Both the position numbers and the translations under genes were made by a program. A stretch of DNA of 27,221 bases from a virus (taxonomy: Duplodnaviria; Caudoviricetes): the IMG/VR virus record IMGVR_UViG_3300030095_005707, positions 1-27,221 of that record; one strand, written 5' to 3'. Shown here piece after piece: positions 1 to 5,558 of the stretch; positions within the stretch are counted from its first letter, which is position 1; every line of letters begins with the position of its first letter. The notes beneath the pieces are model-generated. The model saw only the letters and a list, made by a program, of their open reading frames with translations, did no database searches and was not told the DNA's origin.

Positions 1-541
1 AGGCCTGACCTTCGACTTGTTTATATTCAAGCCAGTCGTCGAGTGCCTCCGGAAACCCTTCCAGGTTTTGGAGATCAATCGGTATCTGGACGGACTCGAG
101 AAGTTCAATTGGTGTCGGCTTTTTCTTGGACATATCCCCTTCTGTTAATATCTGTTTATTATATATAGGTGTATGTGTGCCGTCGGTGGCACATAACGTG
201 TGCCGTCCATGGTACTGTTCCATACATGGCACATTTCCCTTAAATTGGGCGTCGTAGTTGGGCGTCTTTTGGGTGATCTGGTAGGACGTCTGGCGACCCT
301 CCTGGGTCCTTTTCAAAAATCCTTTTTGTTCCAGACGTTTGGCGACCTTGTAGACCTTCCGGATGTCGTTCCAGTAGAGAACAGAGGCGATCTGCTCGGC
401 CTTGACGAGGATTGGGTCGCCGGGCTGGATCTTCATCGCCCCTTGATAGGCCTTCAGGACGGTCATTAGCCTCAACCCTGAGATATCAATATCCGTGTCG
501 AGGAACCACTTATCGACGTCCATGTCGATCTTGGTGAACAT
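1..541 (-). CDS. Phage replication initiator (winged-HTH, lambda O-like), 3' end outside window
   Basis: Not in the ORF track. ATG at 541 with GGAG RBS, open to the window edge: MFTKIDMDVDKWFLD...AEQIASVLYWNDIRKVYKVAKRLEQKGFLKR (wHTH-like)...FPEALDDWLEYKQ. Contains iterons. Confidence 0.8.
   Translation of the reverse strand, partial: MFTKIDMDVDKWFLDTDIDISGLRLMTVLKAYQGAMKIQPGDPILVKAEQIASVLYWNDIRKVYKVAKRLEQKGFLKRTQEGRQTSYQITQKTPNYDAQFKGNVPCMEQYHGRHTLCATDGTHTPIYNKQILTEGDMSKKKPTPIELLESVQIPIDLQNLEGFPEALDDWLEYKQVEGQA
141..233. repeat. Putative replication origin: three 18-bp palindromic iterons plus AT-rich tract
   Basis: TGTGCC-gtcggt-GGCACA (176-193), TGTGCC-gtccat-GGTACT (199-216), TGTTCC-atacat-GGCACA (216-233), beside an AT-rich stretch at 141-170, in the middle of the initiator gene as in lambdoid ori. 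Confidence 0.75.
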
Positions 542-732
542 TATTTCACTCCTTTTTTTTACCTGACTGACGGCCACCTTCGGCCATCGGAATTTGATCG
601 ATTTTCTTGTCGGTTACCATCTCCAGGCCAGAGTAGAGCAGATAAGGGAAAGGCTCTGGGGAGGAGGGGCATAAGGTATAAAATCCCGTCCTGCCAATCC
701 TGGCTGGGTTTGGACCATCAGCCGGTCGTTTT

Positions 733-876
733 TTATGCTTGAGGCCAGTCACGTTTTATTCTGATTTCTTCGATTTCTTCCTGGTCCAGGAATCGTTTGA
801 CCCGCCAGACCATGTAAAGGACGCCTAAAATGACGACGACCAGGTGAACATAAACAAGAATATTCAAGAAACTCAT
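733..876 (-). CDS. Small single-pass membrane protein (47 aa)
   Basis: Below the ORF-track cutoff. GGAGGT RBS; MSFLNILVYVHLVVVILGVLYMVWRVKRFLDQEEIEEIRIKRDWPQA. Confidence 0.7.
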   Translation of the reverse strand: MSFLNILVYVHLVVVILGVLYMVWRVKRFLDQEEIEEIRIKRDWPQA

Positions 877-896
877 AGCGACCTCCTGATAGCAAT

Positions 897-1631
897 TCAT
901 GCACTCTCGGTTTCTAGTTCCTCAGTGGCCTTCAGACCGTCTCTGTAGGCCTTGATATCCTTCTCCAGGATCGTGGTGTCCTTCCTGTCAAAAGTTTGCA
1001 GGGCGTCACTCCAGTACTGGGCCAGCCACTTATTCACCTCGTCCGAGGTCTTCAGCTTCTTCACCTGGTTCAAACAGTCCTGACGGTTATCCCAGGGCCC
1101 CCTCGACTCTTCTTTCGTCTCCGTCGATTCTGAGCGTCTTTCCCTGGCGTCCAGTTCCGGCGGGTCCACATCACTGGGGTCCAGCGGGTTGTCCTCTTTG
1201 GTGTAGATATCAAGACCTAATCCACACATAGCGATGGCCTTGACCAGGCATCTCTGAATGGTCTTATTTATGTCGAACATATCCGCCCCGTCTCCGTAAT
1301 AAGGGGCTGGCCGGATCGCCTTATTCCGGGAGTCCATGACGAACAGATCCGCAAACCGGACCGGCGTCTCTTCATCCTTCAGGTCCACACCGATCTCGAC
1401 CATGTATCCCTCCGGGCTGACCAGGTACGGTACGTTCGTGCCTTCCATCCATATAGGGCCGTCTGATTTAAATATAATTAGAGGCCAGTTCCGAAGGGTA
1501 TAGGTCGCTTTAGGATAATGCTTGAGAAGTTCATTCCAGGCATGGGTCCAGGGAAGATAATCCAGTTTTCCCTTCTTGGCGGTCAGGTGGCTGACGTCGA
1601 TGGATCTCAAAAATTCAAAACTACTTGGCAT
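897..1631 (-). CDS. Sak-type single-strand annealing protein (DUF1071, Rad52-like)
   Basis: F..L.SIDV...T.KKG.L.YL.W..AW..L.K.YP.A.Y N-terminus and DINKTIQRCLVKAIAM.GLGL.IY..ED motif; adjacent to an exonuclease. Confidence 0.88.
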   Translation of the reverse strand: MPSSFEFLRSIDVSHLTAKKGKLDYLPWTHAWNELLKHYPKATYTLRNWPLIIFKSDGPIWMEGTNVPYLVSPEGYMVEIGVDLKDEETPVRFADLFVMDSRNKAIRPAPYYGDGADMFDINKTIQRCLVKAIAMCGLGLDIYTKEDNPLDPSDVDPPELDARERRSESTETKEESRGPWDNRQDCLNQVKKLKTSDEVNKWLAQYWSDALQTFDRKDTTILEKDIKAYRDGLKATEELETESA

Positions 1632-1638
1632 AATTCAA

Positions 1639-1652
1639 TTCCGATTGAGGTT
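1639..1652 (-). promoter_or_regulatory. 14-nt motif AACCTCAATCGGAA upstream of the annealase (copy 2)
   Basis: Exact match to 2480-2493; ends 7 nt before the ATG. Confidence 0.55.
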
Positions 1653-2466
1653 AATTTAAAGCGTAGTCCGGCAACTCGACGGACTCGATGATGTTGCTGA
1701 ACCCGTAGACGGAGTCGGCGGGATCATAATCCTGGAGATCGACCAGGGCGTTCGTATATTGCGTCCGTCCGATATCCAGTTGTTTGGCCGGGATCGTATA
1801 GATTCCGACCTGATGAGGTGGGGTTTTGTGAACCATGACGTAGACGTAATCGACGTCGTCGCCATGATACTTCGCACAATCTATATAAAACGATGCCCGG
1901 CGGTGATATCCGCCATCGGCACACGCCCGGACAAACCCTTGACGGGTGGCATCCCTGGCGGTTTTCAGGTCCATCCAATACTTGCCGTTGACCCAGTCAG
2001 GCCGGGCCTTCAGTTTGTGGCCGTCCTTTTCCCAGAAATAGGAAACCTCTGGGGATCCGGACTTCATCATTAGCTGGACGAGGGGGTGAGCTAGGACTGA
2101 CTTCGCCATAGCCTGGGCGTGATCGAGTTGTTTCTGATCGATCATGATCAGGTTCTTCTCAAACGCCTTTTTTTTGAGGCCCTCAATTAAGGTTTTATTT
2201 TCCGGGTTTCTCTGATCCAGTTTAGGGATCAAAATATATTGCTTGCTGAAATGGTCCGGCTCGAGGACAAGGGTATGGGTCAGGGTCCCCAACTCCATGT
2301 CTGGAGTCGTTTTTTTGGGGTGATCTTTTCCATAGTAAAGTGCGTACACGCCACTTTTGTGGACCGTCTCACAATCCCCGGCCGAGGTGGCAGGGTCTGA
2401 GTGATATTCATTGGACGGCATCGTGGGCCGTACCATCTTTGATATTTGTGCTTCTTTTGTGATCAT
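1651..2466 (-). CDS. RecE/exonuclease VIII-like PD-(D/E)XK nuclease (DUF3799-like)
   Basis: EYH, M.LGT..H..VLEP, E.S.FW, K.RPD, DLKT and YH.RAS.Y motifs. Start placed at ATG 2466 (AAGG RBS) rather than 2508. Confidence 0.88.
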   Translation of the reverse strand: MITKEAQISKMVRPTMPSNEYHSDPATSAGDCETVHKSGVYALYYGKDHPKKTTPDMELGTLTHTLVLEPDHFSKQYILIPKLDQRNPENKTLIEGLKKKAFEKNLIMIDQKQLDHAQAMAKSVLAHPLVQLMMKSGSPEVSYFWEKDGHKLKARPDWVNGKYWMDLKTARDATRQGFVRACADGGYHRRASFYIDCAKYHGDDVDYVYVMVHKTPPHQVGIYTIPAKQLDIGRTQYTNALVDLQDYDPADSVYGFSNIIESVELPDYALN

Positions 2467-2479
2467 GTTACCTTTTAGT

Positions 2480-2529
2480 TTCCGATTGAGGTTGGGGACG
2501 GGGTACACTCCTTCTGGAGTCCCGCCCCC
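2480..2529 (-). promoter_or_regulatory. GC-rich hairpin followed by 14-nt motif (copy 1) upstream of the exonuclease
   Basis: Minus strand GGGGGCGGG-ACTCC-AGAA-GGAGT-(GTAC)-CCCGTCCCC, then AACCTCAATCGGAA. Confidence 0.55.
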
Positions 2530-2535
2530 GGTCTC

Positions 2536-2661
2536 TTAGGCCAGCTTCAGCATCCAGCCGAAACGGTTTTTCCAGTTCCCCAGAAAAATAGCCTGAGACT
2601 TTTGGTTTCGATTACGTCGGGACTCCTCGACGATTTGATTGATTCTAAAATGGGATTTCAT
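2536..2661 (-). CDS. Possible 41-aa basic peptide / leader ORF
   Basis: MKSHFRINQIVEESRRNRNQKSQAIFLGNWKNRFGWMLKLA fills the gap and overlaps the upstream gene's end; weak RBS. Confidence 0.35.
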   Translation of the reverse strand: MKSHFRINQIVEESRRNRNQKSQAIFLGNWKNRFGWMLKLA

Positions 2662-2887
2662 CCTTGACCGTGTTCTTTTCAGGTTTTGAAGATTGGGAAT
2701 CCATTTCCCGGGGCCTCATGATTTTAAAATCAGGATGCCTCTCCTCTTCTTTATAGTTGTTGACCAATGCGGTGTAATAGACACCTTCCTCCATGGGCTC
2801 ATCCAGTTTGATCGTGAGCTTGATGTCACCCGCCTGGGTCTCACCTTTCCAGATGGCCCCAATACTCGATTTTTTCTCTTCAGGCAT
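2645..2887 (-). CDS. DUF736-like small protein, probable ssDNA-binding protein
   Basis: IGAIW...G...L.I.LD.P and HPDF.I motifs; C-terminal DEIPF like bacterial SSB tails; lies in the recombination module. Confidence 0.7.
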   Translation of the reverse strand: MPEEKKSSIGAIWKGETQAGDIKLTIKLDEPMEEGVYYTALVNNYKEEERHPDFKIMRPREMDSQSSKPEKNTVKDEIPF

Positions 2888-3038
2888 TTTTCCTTTCTGC
2901 GATGATATCCATCACCGCTTGGTTGATTTTGCCGTTCAGTTTCGGGGAGAGAACCCGGCTGACGACGGTTGGATCGAGCCCCGCCCTCTTGGCGATCTCG
3001 ATCTGTGAAATGCGGTATTTCCGAATCAATTCAGTCAT
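2880..3038 (-). CDS. Cro/Cox-like HTH regulator (52 aa)
   Basis: ISQIEIAKRAGLDPTVVSRVL helix-turn-helix; first gene of the lytic operon, divergent from the repressor; ATG 3038 preferred. Confidence 0.8.
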   Translation of the reverse strand: MTELIRKYRISQIEIAKRAGLDPTVVSRVLSPKLNGKINQAVMDIIAERKNA

Positions 3039-3051
3039 TTGTGTTTTTTTG

Positions 3052-3137
3052 CTTGTCAAGTTTTCCAAACCTAATAACATAAATATTGTCAATTAATGTT
3101 GACAATATGATGCGTTGTTTGCTTAATGTCAACATTA
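3052..3137. promoter_or_regulatory. Lysis-lysogeny switch: overlapping antiparallel sigma70-like promoters and TTGWCAA operator-like boxes
   Basis: Plus TTGACA(3099-3104)-17-CTTAAT(3122-3127); minus TTGACA(3132-3127)-17-CATATT(3109-3104); inverted repeats ATATTGTCAA-N6-TTGACAATAT (3083-3108) and TAATGTTGACA/TGTCAACATTA; CTTGTCAAG at 3052-3060. Confidence 0.7.
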
Positions 3138-3212
3138 TTTTCCGGCCAAGATTTCCGCCGGGCTTATCAACCTCCCTAGAAGATGAATAGGGGTATTAAT
3201 ACGGAGATAGAT

Positions 3213-3308
3213 ATGTGCTTAAAAAACCAATGCTATGGTGCTGAATGGGACCGAAAATCAAACTTAGGATGGATGGGTAGAATCGATACTGGAGGGCCTA
3301 TTGAATGA
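3213..3308 (+). CDS. Possible 31-aa leader ORF
   Basis: GGAG RBS, MCLKNQCYGAEWDRKSNLGWMGRIDTGGPIE; stop overlaps the next ORF's start. Confidence 0.3.
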   Translation: MCLKNQCYGAEWDRKSNLGWMGRIDTGGPIE

Positions 3309-3501
3309 TAAAAAATCAGGCGGGTCTGTTTTTAGACATCCGCTGATGTTTGTTCCTCCACCGGAGGACGGGTTAAAAAAAGATCAGTCGAATATTGCAG
3401 GCGATGAGGGAACCGACTATAAACACTCAACTCACCAAATAACGATGATACCTACCCGTTATCTAGGCGTTTCGTTTTGCCTTAGAGAGGAGGTGTCATG
3501 A
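3301..3501 (+). CDS. Possible small hypothetical protein in the repressor leader
   Basis: TTG start with GGAGG RBS and ATGA overlap with the next ORF; the region also contains several hairpins. Confidence 0.3.
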   Translation: MNDKKSGGSVFRHPLMFVPPPEDGLKKDQSNIAGDEGTDYKHSTHQITMIPTRYLGVSFCLREEVS

Positions 3502-3776
3502 ATACATTTACTAATGAAATGGAATTGTTTTATGGCTTGATCAGGAAACAAGCCTGGATCGATTACCATCCACCACCATCGTTTAATTATGGAACGGAAA
3601 AAAGAAGACCCCGAGGTGTCGGCCCGCCTCCAAGAGGAGTGCCGTGCCCGGGGTTGGACCCAGAAAAACTTGCGGGAGGAACTGGATATCTCCAGGACCT
3701 TCGCCAGCCAGATATGGAATGGATCGGTCCCGTTAGGGCCGAAAACACTCCGCCGTCTGGCAGAACTTGGATTTGA
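3498..3776 (+). CDS. Strong-RBS ORF overlapping the repressor out of frame
   Basis: GAGGAGGT RBS; the first ~30 aa look protein-like, the remainder overlaps the repressor by 188 nt. Confidence 0.35.
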   Translation: MNTFTNEMELFYGLIRKQAWIDYHPPPSFNYGTEKRRPRGVGPPPRGVPCPGLDPEKLAGGTGYLQDLRQPDMEWIGPVRAENTPPSGRTWI

Positions 3777-3987
3777 TCTTAATTGGCTGATATCCGGTCA
3801 ACGGATGATGGGTGACTTCACCCAGAGTCAGATCAATGAGATTCAAGAGGAGTTGAAACAACTCCGATATTATAACAAACAACTGGAACGTCTTATTAAA
3901 GAAATAGGTAGGAATGACGACGACGATGTGCGAGAAACTAGACGAGGCCCAGAAGATTCTTCAGTTAATGCTGGAGAAAATAGATGA
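3589..3987 (+). CDS. XRE-family (cI-like) immunity repressor
   Basis: GWTQKNLREELDISRTFASQIWNG HTH, DLNWLISG motif, C-terminal coiled coil, no S24 peptidase domain; coupled to the integrase. Confidence 0.88.
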   Translation: MERKKEDPEVSARLQEECRARGWTQKNLREELDISRTFASQIWNGSVPLGPKTLRRLAELGFDLNWLISGQRMMGDFTQSQINEIQEELKQLRYYNKQLERLIKEIGRNDDDDVRETRRGPEDSSVNAGENR

Positions 3988-4153
3988 GATCGAGGAAACC
4001 CTTGTCGGTCAGGGACGGCCACTGGGTTTTCAGAGACTACACAACCAAACCGGCCAGGCTGATCCGCCTGTGCCGGACCGAGGAGGCCGACTGGAAGACG
4101 ACCTCAAAGGGAAAACGACGAAGAACGGATCCAGAAAGATCCCTTTTTCTTGA
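3914..4153 (+). CDS. Possible overlapping coiled-coil protein (third frame)
   Basis: AGGTAGGA RBS; heptad pattern in EKLDEAQKILQLMLEKIDEIEETL; overlaps both repressor and integrase. Confidence 0.3.
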   Translation: MTTTMCEKLDEAQKILQLMLEKIDEIEETLVGQGRPLGFQRLHNQTGQADPPVPDRGGRLEDDLKGKTTKNGSRKIPFS

Positions 4154-5093
4154 GAAACTAAAAGAGGGGAAAGTTCAGGAAATTCAGGCCCGGTCAAAGG
4201 TCGGAATCGAAGAGCTTTTCAAAGACTGGCTGGACCTCGCCCGGTCGGCGTTGTCTCCCAGGACGGTTACCTCTTATGAATCGACGGCCAGGTATTATTT
4301 AAAGGCCGTCAAGGATCATCCTGGGGATGAGTATGATGGACGTAAACAGAAGATTTTTGTGGACGCCCTGAAATCCCGGGGGTTGGCTGATCATTCAATC
4401 CAGGCCCATCTGAGACAGTTAAGTATCTGTTTTAAGCATGGGGAAACCGTCGGCCTGTTGGACAAGGCCCCGGCGGTCAAAAAGTTAGGCCTCGCAGATC
4501 GAGAGATCAAGGCGTTGTCTGACTCGGATCTGGATATGATCGGGCGACACTTAGAAAACCGGCTGAAGACAGGACCCGCCTTCAGGCAGAGGTTTTATCT
4601 TAACCACATCCGGGCCCACGTCTTGCTGACCTGGACCGGATTGAGAGCCGGTGAATTAGTACACCTCTTGATCAGAGATATTAACATAGAGGACCGAGTG
4701 ATTGCGATAGTACCGGACGGCCTGGATTGGGCCCCAAAAAACCGAAAGGTTGATCGGATTCCCATGTCACTCAAACTCCGTGAATTTCTGATAACTGATA
4801 TCAACGAACGTGAATCCCGGGAGAAGTATTTCCTGGACACTGGCAGAGGATCCCCGGCGTATCCTGAACGGGATCAACTGACCCAGGCATTTTCCAGGAT
4901 CCTCACCAGGGTCGGGATTAATGGGGTCAAACCGGTCCACGGTTATAGGGCCAGTCTTGCGACCAGGTTGATCAAGCGTGGAGTTGGTTTGGTGGAGGTA
5001 CAAAAAATATTGAGACATCGTCAGATCGACACGACTCGGCAATACGTCGATTCAATTCAACTCGATCTTCATCAGGCGGTCGATGCTCTGTAA
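3984..5093 (+). CDS. int: Tyrosine recombinase / phage integrase
   Basis: Catalytic set present: TGLRAGEL (R), PKN (K), HGYR (HxxR), LRH (H), TRQY (Y); SAM-like core-binding domain; tRNA fragment just downstream. Confidence 0.96.
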   Translation: MRSRKPLSVRDGHWVFRDYTTKPARLIRLCRTEEADWKTTSKGKRRRTDPERSLFLEKLKEGKVQEIQARSKVGIEELFKDWLDLARSALSPRTVTSYESTARYYLKAVKDHPGDEYDGRKQKIFVDALKSRGLADHSIQAHLRQLSICFKHGETVGLLDKAPAVKKLGLADREIKALSDSDLDMIGRHLENRLKTGPAFRQRFYLNHIRAHVLLTWTGLRAGELVHLLIRDINIEDRVIAIVPDGLDWAPKNRKVDRIPMSLKLREFLITDINERESREKYFLDTGRGSPAYPERDQLTQAFSRILTRVGINGVKPVHGYRASLATRLIKRGVGLVEVQKILRHRQIDTTRQYVDSIQLDLHQAVDAL

Positions 5094-5141
5094 TTCAATT
5101 ATGCTCAGACAAGGATCATTGGAAGGGGTATGTCGTTTAGA

Positions 5142-5205
5142 TGGTGCACCCGGGGCGATTCGAACGCCCGACCTTCTGAACCGCAATCAGATGCTCTATC
5201 CAGCT
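5142..5205 (-). other. attP core: 3' 64 nt of a tRNA-Arg(GCG) including CCA
   Basis: Minus strand AGCTGGATAGAGCA-TCTGA-TTGCGGT-TCAGA-AGGTC-GGGCG-TTCGAAT-CGCCC-CGGGTGC-ACCA; about 13 nt at the 5' end are missing; lies 48 bp after the integrase stop. Confidence 0.92.
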
Positions 5206-5210
5206 TACGT

Positions 5211-5278
5211 CCCTGATCCCTTCTCAGCCCTTCTGGAATCAAGGGTTTGACTTTAGCCGGGGAATCGCCTTTCCCCGG
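5211..5278. repeat. Short repeats beside attP (candidate arm-type or accessory-factor sites)
   Basis: CCCTTCT at 5218 and 5228 (10-bp period), inverted AAGGG at 5241, and CCGGGGAA-N6-TTCCCCGG at 5257-5278. Confidence 0.4.
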
Positions 5279-5351
5279 AAAACAACTAAATTAGTTAACC
5301 AATTATGCACGGACGAGGATGAAAAAAATACAAAAAATAGGCGGAGGTACG

Positions 5352-5558
5352 ATGTACAATTACCTCTCTGATGATGATTATGGTTGGTTTTATCGGAAGG
5401 GGACCAACCACGATATTGCTATCAGTCCTGCGACTCGTAAGCTGATAGAGCAAGGCCTCCAGGTAACAGTACGGGAAGTCCCTGATACGCAATCTTCCTC
5501 ACTTCCTCCGGAAGATTCTGGAACCCACGATCAGCAATCAACTGACGAAGCTTCATAA
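5352..5558 (+). CDS. Small convergent ORF (68 aa; alternative start 5319)
   Basis: GGAGGT RBS before ATG 5352; overlaps the 3' end of the 733-aa gene antisense by 137 nt. Confidence 0.5.
   Translation: MYNYLSDDDYGWFYRKGTNHDIAISPATRKLIEQGLQVTVREVPDTQSSSLPPEDSGTHDQQSTDEAS

Noticed and set aside
200-469. Plus-strand 89-aa ORF
   Set aside because: Antisense shadow of the replication initiator.
546-752. 68-aa minus-strand ORF
   Set aside because: GTG start without an RBS, overlapping the better-supported 733-876 gene; no recognisable features.
2530-2640. Hammerhead ribozyme
   Set aside because: CGAAAC is present but there is no properly placed CUGANGA core.
3596-3604. dnaX-type A_AAA_AAG -1 frameshift
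   Set aside because: The heptamer is not in register with either the upstream ORF or the repressor frame.
5091-5100. TAATTCAATT also present at 1631-1640
   Set aside because: A 10-bp AT-rich match in unrelated contexts is compatible with chance.
5142-5218. Intact phage tRNA gene
   Set aside because: The 5' acceptor strand and first D-stem strand are missing; its position beside the integrase fits attP.
5257-5278. Rho-independent terminator
   Set aside because: Strong stem but no U-tract follows on either strand; kept only as an inverted repeat.
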